Virus record (IMG/VR): IMGVR_UViG_3300025137_000028
Span: 1-64,000 of that record
DNA: 64,000 bases
Source of the DNA: a virus
Strand: one strand, 5' to 3'
A program made the position numbers and the translations under genes. A model generated the notes under the pieces. The model saw nothing but the letters and a program-made list of their open reading frames with translations, made no database searches and was not told where the DNA came from. Positions 49,348 to 57,909 of this stretch are shown here, in pieces (positions within the stretch are counted from its first letter, which is position 1; every line of letters begins with the position of its first letter).

Positions 49348-49948
49348 AAAATTATTTCCTACACCCTTATACATAGGTAACATAGGTGTAAATGAAGACT
49401 GGCTAACTTATATTAATTCATTAGATTTTGAGTTAACTTATTTAAAAAACGGTTTACAAACACAAGACAGACATATACTTTTACATAAAGAATTATCATC
49501 ATTAAAGAAAAAAATAGATGATGAGTTTGAGATATATGCTAGAGATAAACTTAGAATAAATAAAAAACATAATTTTGAAATGATAAACTCATGGTGTAAT
49601 ATACATAATCAAGGACATGTAGCACAACCACATCATCATCAAAATAGTATGTTTAGTGGTGTGTATTATTTACAATCAACAGAGAATACAGGTGCTATTA
49701 AGTTTAATCAAAGTCCTTTTAAGAGTTGGAATAATATTATGATTAAATTAGAAATAGATGAAGGAAATGAATTTAATAATGATGAATGTATAATTAATCC
49801 TATGCCTGGTACAGTAGTGTTATTTCCGTCTTGCGTTTCACATGAAACAGATGTAAACAATACAACACATCAAAGATATTCACTTGCCTTTAATTACTTT
49901 CCTAGAGGTCAGTTTGGTGATAAAGAATCATACTTGGAGATAAAATAA
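49328..49948 (+). CDS. 2OG-Fe(II) oxygenase (TIGR02466-like)
   Basis: LFPTP, SWCN, PHHH.NS..SGVYY, FPS...H, RYSLAFN. Confidence 0.9.
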   Translation: MSKNEIKKLFPTPLYIGNIGVNEDWLTYINSLDFELTYLKNGLQTQDRHILLHKELSSLKKKIDDEFEIYARDKLRINKKHNFEMINSWCNIHNQGHVAQPHHHQNSMFSGVYYLQSTENTGAIKFNQSPFKSWNNIMIKLEIDEGNEFNNDECIINPMPGTVVLFPSCVSHETDVNNTTHQRYSLAFNYFPRGQFGDKESYLEIK

Positions 49949-50547
49949 TGAATGTAGAAATTACAGATGACTTTATAGGAATATTTGATAATTTTTTTAC
50001 AGACGAATATATTGAAAATTATATTACTTACTTTGAAAAAATGAATAAAAACAATTTAACTTTCAAAAGAGAGTTTAGTCCTAGCCATGAAGTTGATGAC
50101 ACAGCATTTGATGAGCTTTCAGAACCATTTTATATAAAAGAATTACCTGTACATTACATGGCAAAAAATTTTATTGATATATTTTTTAATCAAAAACATG
50201 GACCATATCAAAGATATATTGAAAAGTTTAGTATTTTAAAAACACAAGGTAGACACTCAATATTTGATATAAAGATACAAAAGACAGAGCCAGGTCAAGG
50301 GTATCATATTTGGCATGTAGAAAATAGCCAATTAACTAGTAGAAATAGAGTTACTGCTTTTACATTGTACTTAAATGATGTAGAAGATGGTGGCGAGACA
50401 GAGTTTTTATATCAAAAAAGAAGAATTAAACCTAAGAAAAATAGATTAGTTATTTGGCCTGCTCATTTTACTCATGTACATAGAGGAAATCCACCCTTAT
50501 CAAATGACAAATATATTTTAACTGGTTGGACTGAATACTCTTATTAA
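49948..50547 (+). CDS. 2OG-Fe(II) oxygenase
   Basis: GYHIWHVE, YLNDVEDGGETEF, THVHRGNPP..KYILTGW. Confidence 0.92.
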   Translation: MNVEITDDFIGIFDNFFTDEYIENYITYFEKMNKNNLTFKREFSPSHEVDDTAFDELSEPFYIKELPVHYMAKNFIDIFFNQKHGPYQRYIEKFSILKTQGRHSIFDIKIQKTEPGQGYHIWHVENSQLTSRNRVTAFTLYLNDVEDGGETEFLYQKRRIKPKKNRLVIWPAHFTHVHRGNPPLSNDKYILTGWTEYSY

Positions 50548-51062
50548 TGAAAATACAAGTTGACGATTATAAATTTTACAGACATACAAACTTTATGGAT
50601 AAATCCTATAAAGAAAAGTATATTTCTGATATTGATAAAGTCATATCAGACGGACATGTAGCTAGTAGTAATGTGCCACCTTTACAAACTAAAACAGACT
50701 TATATGATCATGTAAAATTTTTAAATCGTTGGATTGAACTACAAATAAAAATAAAAACAATTATAGAAGAAAATATAGGTAAAGTACAACTCACTGAAAG
50801 TTGGGCAAATATTAGTAGAGAAGATAATAGATTTAGTTTTCATACACACAAAAGAGATATAACTGCTGTATATTATTTAAAAAACAATTATACTAATTAC
50901 GGCACACAAATAGATGATAAAGTAATTATACCTGGTTTAGAAAACTCAGTGTTAATATTTGATGGCAAGATAAATCATAGTATTATTAATATGCCTTTTG
51001 AGTTAGCAGTACACCCACACAACAATAGATATTCAGTAGTATTTGATTATGACACCATATAA
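50547..51062 (+). CDS. 2OG-Fe(II) oxygenase
   Basis: SWAN, FHTH, VYY, IFDG.I.HS, RYSVVFD. Confidence 0.8.
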   Translation: MKIQVDDYKFYRHTNFMDKSYKEKYISDIDKVISDGHVASSNVPPLQTKTDLYDHVKFLNRWIELQIKIKTIIEENIGKVQLTESWANISREDNRFSFHTHKRDITAVYYLKNNYTNYGTQIDDKVIIPGLENSVLIFDGKINHSIINMPFELAVHPHNNRYSVVFDYDTI

Positions 51063-51801
51063 TTTTCCTAAATTAGTTATTGAACAACATGATGGCTTTC
51101 ATATAGTAAGAGACGACTTACTAGAAGGTGGTTCTAAAAGAAGATTTGTAGATAGGTATATGAGAGAAGAGATAGAAGAAGGTGCCGAAGAGTTTGTATA
51201 TGGCGGTTGTCCAGCAAACGGTTATGCTCAATTATCTCTTACATTACAAGCGAATCACTATGGTAAAAAAGCTGTTTTTTTCATGGCTAAAAGATCATTA
51301 GATAATTTACACCCTTATCAAAAACAAGCATTAGACTATGGTGCTGACATTAGGTGGGTACCTAATGGTATGTTACAAGTCACAAAAGCAAGAGCCAGAG
51401 AGTATTTTTATGAGGATCCTATAAGACGTAGAATATTACCATTAGGGCTAGAAGAAAAAAGAGTATTTGAAGATATAAGGGACCTTGCCAAAAACATAGA
51501 AATAGTGTATAGTATAAAGATTAGTGAAATTTGGTCAGTAGGATCAAGTGGCACTTTAACAAGAGGATTACAAATGGCGTTTCCAGACAAAGAAGTACAT
51601 TGTGTTTCAGTAGGTCACAAAATGGCTCAACATGAAATAGGAAGAGCAAATTTGTATTTAAGTAAATATAAGTTTACACAAGAAGTTAAAGAAGAAGATA
51701 AACCACCTTTTCCATCTGTGCCGACTTATGACGCAAAAGCATGGTCAATTATGAAAGAACATGCTAAACCAAACGCACTATTTTGGAATGTAGGAAAATG
51801 A
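51049..51801 (+). CDS. PLP-dependent enzyme, fold II (D-cysteine desulfhydrase/ACC deaminase-like)
   Basis: VRDDLLEGGSKRR (PLP lysine), VGSSGTL, YDAKAW, LFWNVG. Confidence 0.8.
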   Translation: MTPYNFPKLVIEQHDGFHIVRDDLLEGGSKRRFVDRYMREEIEEGAEEFVYGGCPANGYAQLSLTLQANHYGKKAVFFMAKRSLDNLHPYQKQALDYGADIRWVPNGMLQVTKARAREYFYEDPIRRRILPLGLEEKRVFEDIRDLAKNIEIVYSIKISEIWSVGSSGTLTRGLQMAFPDKEVHCVSVGHKMAQHEIGRANLYLSKYKFTQEVKEEDKPPFPSVPTYDAKAWSIMKEHAKPNALFWNVGK

Positions 51802-51983
51802 CATATAAAACACACGAAGAAAAACAAAAAGTATTAGACGAAAAAATGAAAAAGTTTTTAGAGAAAGGTAAGTCAATTGAAAAACTACCACCTGGCTCTG
51901 CTTACAATCTAGGATCACTAGACTTTCATGGCAAACCTAGATATACAGCTTTAGAAATTAAAGCAGGTAAAGACAAAAAATGA
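51798..51983 (+). CDS. hypothetical protein
   Basis: ATG overlaps the previous stop. FLEKG.SIEKLP motif. Confidence 0.7.
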   Translation: MTYKTHEEKQKVLDEKMKKFLEKGKSIEKLPPGSAYNLGSLDFHGKPRYTALEIKAGKDKK

Positions 51984-52129
51984 GTAGAGGTGTATTAAAA
52001 ATTATAGCTAAGTTAAGAATGCTATGGGCAGACATAAGAGGTCATCATGGCAAAGTATGGGATTATGAACCTGGTGATTATTATATGGGTAGCCATAAAG
52101 GTCATAAAAAACATCAAAAGAAAAAATGA
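51980..52129 (+). CDS. 49-aa hypothetical protein
   Basis: Read by eye. ATGA overlaps at both ends. WADIRGHHGKVWDYEPGDYYMG. Confidence 0.7.
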   Translation: MSRGVLKIIAKLRMLWADIRGHHGKVWDYEPGDYYMGSHKGHKKHQKKK

Positions 52130-53205
52130 GTGATATATTACAAAACACACACGATACAATAAAAGACAAAGGCTTTCCTTATTATCCTAAAGATAAGAAA
52201 TGGCGAGACGACAAGTATAATCTTTTAATGGCATTTAAAAGAGATACTATGATAGATAGAAAAACTAAAGTCATAGGTCAATCTGCTCATGGTTTAAATC
52301 TCGCATGGTCTTATATGGAACATGCTTGGGGTATTAAGTGTGGTAAAATGAAGACACCTATGGAAGTTTGGGATGATGAAGAACATCTTAAAAAAGGTAT
52401 AAACAAAATTTTAACAGGCACATTTTTTACACAAAAGAAACCACACGAAATAACAGACTCAGATATGAGATCAATGTTAAGAAGATACTCAGGCACACAA
52501 ATGGTTTCTAATTTTAGACCTACGGCTGCCGCTGCCTTATATGATGTATTTGTAGAAAAAGATAGTCCTTTAGAAGGCACAACGGCAGGTTTAGTATGGG
52601 ATCCTAGTATGGGTTATGGTGGTAGATTATTAGGGGCAATTGCTGCTGGTGTTAATTACATAGGCACAGATCCTTGTATACCGACATACGATGGTTTACA
52701 AAACATATTAATGGATTATGGTCATACACACAAACAATATTCATTACTAAGACAAGGTAGTGAAACGTATATACCTGAAGAAAATAGTTTAGACTTTGTA
52801 TTTACAAGTCCACCTTACTTTGGTTGGGAAGCATATGGTGATGAGCCAGAACAATCTAGTATTAAGTTTAATACAAGTGATATGTGGAAAGAACACTTTT
52901 TAAAGAAGACAATTGCTAATGCTTATAAAGGTTTAAAACCAGGTAAACATTTAGCACTTAATGTTGCTAATACAAAACAGTATAAAACGTTTGAAGAGGA
53001 TACTGTACAATTAGCCATTGATTGTGGTTTTGAACATACTGATACTTGGTGGTTGTCATTATCTACACAACAAGGTGGATCAGAAACATCAACATTAGAT
53101 GGTGAAATAACTGAAAAGAAACAAACACAAAGATATATGGGCAAGTTTGAAAGACCGAATCAATCAGGTAGAAAGTTTGAACCTACGTTTATATTTACAA
53201 AATGA
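52126..53205 (+). CDS. DNA amino-methyltransferase (m4C/m6A)
   Basis: Motif I WDPSMGYGGR, then motif IV FTSPPYF. Confidence 0.85.
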   Translation: MSDILQNTHDTIKDKGFPYYPKDKKWRDDKYNLLMAFKRDTMIDRKTKVIGQSAHGLNLAWSYMEHAWGIKCGKMKTPMEVWDDEEHLKKGINKILTGTFFTQKKPHEITDSDMRSMLRRYSGTQMVSNFRPTAAAALYDVFVEKDSPLEGTTAGLVWDPSMGYGGRLLGAIAAGVNYIGTDPCIPTYDGLQNILMDYGHTHKQYSLLRQGSETYIPEENSLDFVFTSPPYFGWEAYGDEPEQSSIKFNTSDMWKEHFLKKTIANAYKGLKPGKHLALNVANTKQYKTFEEDTVQLAIDCGFEHTDTWWLSLSTQQGGSETSTLDGEITEKKQTQRYMGKFERPNQSGRKFEPTFIFTK

Positions 53206-53220
53206 GAACAAAACAAGAAC
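53206..53220. promoter_or_regulatory. GAAC-N7-GAAC, alphaproteobacterial LexA-box-like
   Basis: GAACAAAACAAGAAC in the intergenic region upstream of an early promoter. Confidence 0.5.
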
Positions 53221-53263
53221 ATAAATAGTCAAAAACCTAGTAAATATAGGGATATATAAACGC

Positions 53264-53292
53264 TTGACTTTTGAAACGTTTTCCTATATTAT
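53264..53292 (+). promoter_or_regulatory. sigma70-type promoter (leaderless)
   Basis: TTGACT-17-TATTAT. ATG 6 nt later. Confidence 0.78.
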
Positions 53293-53298
53293 AATAGT

Positions 53299-55566
53299 AT
53301 GACTACACAAATAAACATTAATACTAAATCTCAATTAGCAAAACTTATTGCTACAGAAAATCTTACAGTACAACATAACAACGTCAAAACTGCTAGTTTT
53401 GATACATTAAATAGAATACTTACTTTACCTATTTTTAAAATACAAACAGGTGACATATACGATATGTTAATAGCACATGAATGTTCACATGCTTTATTTA
53501 CACCTACTAAAAGTTGGCAAACAATTGCTAGTGATGATGAGTTAAGAGCTTATGTAAATGTTATTGAAGATTGTCGTATAGATAAAAAAATTCAAAAGAA
53601 ATATCCAGGTGTTGTTAAAAACTATTTACAAGGGTTTGATGACATGATGTCTAAAAACTTCTTTGGTTTAGATGGCAAAGATGTTAATACAGACTTAATG
53701 TTAATTGATAAAATTAATATGTACTACAAATCTTCAAAAAGATTAGACATTAAATTTAATGCTTCAGATAAACTATGGATTAAAAAAGTTGATGAAGTAA
53801 AATCTTTTAAAGATGTTGTTCAATTAGCCAAAAAGATGTTAGATTGGCAGAAAAAACAATTACAGAAATTAAAAAAACTACCTGATTTTGATACACATCC
53901 TTTAGTTGAAAACTATAATTTAGATAAAAACAAAGACTCAGATAATAATGTTAACACTAAAGATAGTGATTCTGCTGATAACAAATCAGACAATTCTAAT
54001 GAATCAAATGAAGATGGTACAGATGAAAAAGACGGTTCTTCTTTAAATGATACAAATGAAGGTGATTCAAAATCAGATGAAAAAGATAGTGAACAAATTG
54101 CTAATGATCTAGGTGCTGGGTCAGGTGCTACTAAGGGTTTTAGTAAATTGAAAGCAGTAACTAATATTAGTTTAGATAGTAATAAAGAAAGATTATATGA
54201 TAATAGTAAATCATTTAATTATTGTTCTTTGCCAGATGTTAAATTAAAAAATGTTATTATTGATTACAAGAAATTTATTAAAGATATGAGATCACATATT
54301 GCTTTAAAAAGAAAAGAAGGTTTAAGTGGTGATATAACTCAATATATTAATTGGTTAAAAAATGATTTTACTAAGTTTAAAACTGATAACAAAAAAACTG
54401 TAATGTATCTTGTTAAAGAATTTGAAATGAAAAAAGCTGCCACTGCTTATAAAAAATCTTCTACTGATAAAACAGGTGTTATTGATCCTCTTAAATTAAA
54501 AAATTACAAATTTAGTGATGATATATTTAAAAGATTAACTGTATTGCCTGATTCTAAAAATCATGGTATGATAATGTTATTAGATTGGTCAGGTTCTATG
54601 AGTGATATATTGATGAAAACAGTAGAACAATTAATTAACTTAGTTTCATTTTGTCAAAAGATTAATATACCATATGAAGTTTACTTTTTTAATAGTACAA
54701 GAGACTCAACAAGAGGACTTGATAAAACATGTTTTAATTATAAACATGGCGATATGGTATTTGACAATTTTGTGTTAGTTAATATCGCTAGCCATAGAAT
54801 GAATAAAAGAGATTTAGATGAGTCTTTAATGTATCTATACAGTATGGCAGATTATTTTTCTGATAGATATAGTTCTTGGAGAGACTTAAATAATGATTAT
54901 CAAAAAGGTCACAATTACGGTATGCCAGATAACTATTGGTTAGGTAATACACCTTTAAATGAGGCGCTAGTTGCTTGTGATAAAGTAATTAAATTATTCA
55001 AACAAAAATATAATATTGAAAAACTAAGTTTTATTACTCTTACTGACGGTGCTTCAAATTATACTAGAGGTAAAGTTGAGAATACAGATACCGGATTAGA
55101 AAGAGGTGATATGCCTTATGACGGTGTGCTTGTTATTAAAGACGGTAAAAAATCTTATGTTATAGATAAAGATGATGAACACTATTATTCAGGTGAAAAA
55201 GTTACTTCTTCTATTTTACATGTAATTAAGAAAAAACACAATGTTAAAACTATCGGTTTTTATATGATTAAAAGAACAAGAGGTTATGAGACAAGTAGAT
55301 TTTTCAGTACAATGGGTAGAGATAGTGATAAGGCTTTAAAAAGAAAACAAGCTTTTGCTAAAGATAAAGTATGTACAGTTGATAAAAAAGGTTATGATGA
55401 ATACTTTTTAGTTAATGTTAAAAACATGGCAGTACAAAATACTGACTTGTCATCATTAAAAAGTGATATGAAGGCTGGTAGAATCAAACAAATATTCAGT
55501 AAAAGTATGAAAGGACGAATCACTTCCAGAGTGCTTTTAAACAAATTTATACAGAATGTCGCTTAA
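53299..55566 (+). CDS. HExxH + VWA domain protein (CobT-like partner of the MoxR AAA+)
   Basis: AHECSH, NVIEDCRI, acidic linker, MIDAS DWSGS...TPL...TDG. Confidence 0.85.
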   Translation: MTTQININTKSQLAKLIATENLTVQHNNVKTASFDTLNRILTLPIFKIQTGDIYDMLIAHECSHALFTPTKSWQTIASDDELRAYVNVIEDCRIDKKIQKKYPGVVKNYLQGFDDMMSKNFFGLDGKDVNTDLMLIDKINMYYKSSKRLDIKFNASDKLWIKKVDEVKSFKDVVQLAKKMLDWQKKQLQKLKKLPDFDTHPLVENYNLDKNKDSDNNVNTKDSDSADNKSDNSNESNEDGTDEKDGSSLNDTNEGDSKSDEKDSEQIANDLGAGSGATKGFSKLKAVTNISLDSNKERLYDNSKSFNYCSLPDVKLKNVIIDYKKFIKDMRSHIALKRKEGLSGDITQYINWLKNDFTKFKTDNKKTVMYLVKEFEMKKAATAYKKSSTDKTGVIDPLKLKNYKFSDDIFKRLTVLPDSKNHGMIMLLDWSGSMSDILMKTVEQLINLVSFCQKINIPYEVYFFNSTRDSTRGLDKTCFNYKHGDMVFDNFVLVNIASHRMNKRDLDESLMYLYSMADYFSDRYSSWRDLNNDYQKGHNYGMPDNYWLGNTPLNEALVACDKVIKLFKQKYNIEKLSFITLTDGASNYTRGKVENTDTGLERGDMPYDGVLVIKDGKKSYVIDKDDEHYYSGEKVTSSILHVIKKKHNVKTIGFYMIKRTRGYETSRFFSTMGRDSDKALKRKQAFAKDKVCTVDKKGYDEYFLVNVKNMAVQNTDLSSLKSDMKAGRIKQIFSKSMKGRITSRVLLNKFIQNVA

Positions 55567-55597
55567 AATGTCAATAAAACTAGGGTTATTTAATGGC

Positions 55598-55626
55598 TTG
55601 ACAATCGTACAAAAAGGTGATACCAT
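55598..55626 (+). promoter_or_regulatory. sigma70-type promoter
   Basis: TTGACA-17-TACCAT with TG extension. Confidence 0.78.
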
Positions 55627-55657
55627 ATATTAATAAATGAAGAAAGGACAATACACT

Positions 55658-56881
55658 ATGTTAAATGTAAAACAACAAGACTTTGTTAATCATGCTTATA
55701 AGCTGTTTAATAAAGACGTTTTAACTATTGATGAGTTAAAACAAGCCAATAAAAAGTTTGGCTGTAAGTATCCACCACAATGGTTGACTAAAAATAAAGA
55801 CTATAAAGTTGATACTAAAAAATATAAATTGCCACTAGATGGTGATTTAACTGTATCTACTCAACCAGAGACGGAAAAAGTATTAGATACTAAAGTACCT
55901 GAAGTAGAAAAGACTCAGACCGAGGCTGCCTATGTAGTTTCATCTTTAGTTGGCAATATTGTGCCGAAAAAAGATCCTGTCTTTGTTTCTTTCGGTAACT
56001 ATACAGATGTAAAATCTATTATCAAGTCAGGCAAATTTTATCCTGTGTTTATTACAGGCTTGTCTGGTAACGGTAAAACAATGGGTGTTACTCAGGCTTG
56101 TGCCGAAAACAAAAAAGAATTAATCAGAGTAAACATTACAATTGAAACAGATGAAGATGATTTACTAGGTGGTTATAGACTTAAAGATGGTCATACTGTC
56201 TGGCAGAATGGTCCTGTTATTGAGGCAATGGAGAGAGGTGCTGTCTTGTTATTAGATGAGATTGACCTTGCTTCTAATAAGATAATGTGTTTACAACCGA
56301 TATTAGAAGGTTCAGGTGTGTTTGTTAAAAAGATTAACAAGTATATAAAACCTAAAGACGGCTTTAACGTGTTTGCTACTGCCAATACTAAAGGGCAAGG
56401 TAGTGAAGATGGTAAGTTTATCGGTACTAATATTCTTAATGAGGCATTTTTAGAAAGATTTCCTGTTACTTTTGAACAGAAATATCCTTCAGTTTCAATT
56501 GAGAAAAAAATACTTAACAACACTTTAAAAGTTGCTGGTAAATCAGATGTTAAGTTTGTTGACAAGTTAACTACTTGGGCAGACGTTATCAGAAAAACTT
56601 ATTTTGACGGTGGTGTTGATGAGATTATCTCAACTAGAAGACTGGTTCATATAGTTCAAGCTTTTGCTATCTTTGGCAATAAGATGAAAGCTGTTGAAGT
56701 ATGTACTAATAGATTTGATGATGATACAAAAAATTCGTTTGTTGAGTTATATACTAAAGTTGACGCTGGTGCCAATGCTGAAAGCATTATGGAAGACCAG
56801 AAGAAAGCTGATTTAGCTGAACAATTGGATGACAATGATAGTGAGTCTGATAGTGAGGAAGATGATTCTGATACTATTTAA
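55658..56881 (+). CDS. cobS: MoxR/CobS-type AAA+ ATPase
   Basis: GLSGNGKT, LLLDEID, TANTKG.G, NEAFLERF, STRRL. Start after AAGGA; 55637 is also possible. Confidence 0.9.
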   Translation: MLNVKQQDFVNHAYKLFNKDVLTIDELKQANKKFGCKYPPQWLTKNKDYKVDTKKYKLPLDGDLTVSTQPETEKVLDTKVPEVEKTQTEAAYVVSSLVGNIVPKKDPVFVSFGNYTDVKSIIKSGKFYPVFITGLSGNGKTMGVTQACAENKKELIRVNITIETDEDDLLGGYRLKDGHTVWQNGPVIEAMERGAVLLLDEIDLASNKIMCLQPILEGSGVFVKKINKYIKPKDGFNVFATANTKGQGSEDGKFIGTNILNEAFLERFPVTFEQKYPSVSIEKKILNNTLKVAGKSDVKFVDKLTTWADVIRKTYFDGGVDEIISTRRLVHIVQAFAIFGNKMKAVEVCTNRFDDDTKNSFVELYTKVDAGANAESIMEDQKKADLAEQLDDNDSESDSEEDDSDTI

Positions 56882-56890
56882 ATCTATCCG

Positions 56891-56939
56891 TAGTGTAGTC
56901 CTTGGTGGTGGGGTTGTGCCCACCACCGTTCATACGCTA
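56891..56939 (+). other. GC-rich stem-loop upstream of rpsU
   Basis: GGTGGTGGG/CCCACCACC inner stem, TAGTGTA/TACGCTA outer stem, no U-tract. Confidence 0.65.
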
Positions 56940-56966
56940 TATAACTTGAAGGGAGGTATATAAATT

Positions 56967-57164
56967 ATGAGAGTTGATGTTAGAAACAATAATGTAGAAC
57001 AAGCATTAAGAGTTTTAAAGAAAAAATTAATGAAAGATGGTCGTCTTAAAGAATTAAAAGAAAGAGCATATTATATTAAACCCTCTGAGTTGAAAAGAGA
57101 AGCAAAAAAACGTGGTATTATTAACTATAAAAAGAACAAAAAAAAACTAGATCAACAACGTTAG
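56967..57164 (+). CDS. rpsU: ribosomal protein bS21
   Basis: V.VRNNNVEQALRVLKKK...ELKER.YY.KPSE.KR. GGAGG SD. Confidence 0.92.
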   Translation: MRVDVRNNNVEQALRVLKKKLMKDGRLKELKERAYYIKPSELKREAKKRGIINYKKNKKKLDQQR

Positions 57165-57167
57165 AAG

Positions 57168-57308
57168 TTTTTTACGCTGTTTTTGTTGTATATATATTAT
57201 TGAGGTGGCAATTCATAAGTCCGCTTCAGCGTAAAAAAGGGAGCCAAGAAACCCGATTTATAAAGTCAAACTTGGCGTCGCTAGGTGATATTTGATACTT
57301 TGACACCT
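57168..57308 (+). ncRNA. candidate structured RNA between rpsU and hsp20
   Basis: 12-bp perfect inverted repeat plus three further stems. No ORF recognised. Confidence 0.45.
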
Positions 57309-57332
57309 TGACAAAATAAAGTATCGTACATA

Positions 57333-57340
57333 TATAAATA
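57333..57340 (+). promoter_or_regulatory. T4-type late promoter of hsp20, overlapping a host-type promoter (TTGACA at 57308)
   Basis: TATAAATA. Confidence 0.75.
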
Positions 57341-57345
57341 ACTAT

Positions 57346-57398
57346 GATATGCTCATAAGAGGTATCAAATTTAAACTTGCTTAACAAAGGAGATTAAC
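57346..57398 (+). promoter_or_regulatory. ROSE-like RNA thermometer in the hsp20 leader
   Basis: Two hairpins. The 3' hairpin pairs CUUGCUU with the SD AAGGAG, leaving a bulged G. Confidence 0.6.
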
Positions 57399-57851
57399 AT
57401 GACAGATCACAAAGCAATTCACTCAATTTTTACTGGACTAAAACCGTTTACTGTAGGGTTTGACGATATGTTTGACCATTTAGATATGGTACACAATCAC
57501 ATTCCACATTTAACGGCTAATAACTATCCGCCATACAATATTGTAAAGACAGGCTCTTTAACATATGACATAGAAGTGGCATTGGCTGGTTATAATAAGA
57601 AAGATGTACAAGTAACTTATGAGAATAATATGATTAAAATTAACTCTGTAAAAAGTAAAGACGAAAAAGAAGTTGAAGACAATGACGGAATATTACATAA
57701 AGGCATTGCTAAAAGAAACTTCTATAAATCTTTTACTATAGCAGAGGATATTGAGGTAAAAGGTGCTGAATTAAAAGATGGACTTTTAAGAGTATCTTTA
57801 GAAAAAATTGTTCCAGACCATAAGAAGGCTAGAACTATCAATATCAAATAA
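57399..57851 (+). CDS. hsp20: small heat-shock protein Hsp20 (IbpA-like)
   Basis: VGFD..FD, NYPPYNIVK, IEVALAG, LHKGIAKR.F, A.LKDGLL. Confidence 0.95.
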   Translation: MTDHKAIHSIFTGLKPFTVGFDDMFDHLDMVHNHIPHLTANNYPPYNIVKTGSLTYDIEVALAGYNKKDVQVTYENNMIKINSVKSKDEKEVEDNDGILHKGIAKRNFYKSFTIAEDIEVKGAELKDGLLRVSLEKIVPDHKKARTINIK

Positions 57852-57859
57852 TAAATCTT

Positions 57860-57893
57860 AAAGGGCGGAGAGCATTGACTTTCCGCCTTTTTT
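57860..57893 (+). terminator. rho-independent terminator after hsp20
   Basis: GGGCGGAGAG-CATTGA-CTTTCCGCCT followed by a T run. Confidence 0.8.
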
Positions 57894-57903
57894 AATATAC
57901 TAT
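57875..57903 (+). promoter_or_regulatory. sigma70-type promoter of dam (leaderless)
   Basis: TTGACT-17-TACTAT. ATG 6 nt later. Confidence 0.78.
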
Positions 57904-57909
57904 ATCATT

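Noticed and set aside
55658-56881. cobS as evidence of cobalamin synthesis
   Set aside because: No cobN or other cob genes are present in the window. It is a generic MoxR-type AAA+ with a VWA partner.
57168-57308. tRNA or tmRNA
   Set aside because: No T-loop GTTCRA, cloverleaf or CCA end could be built.
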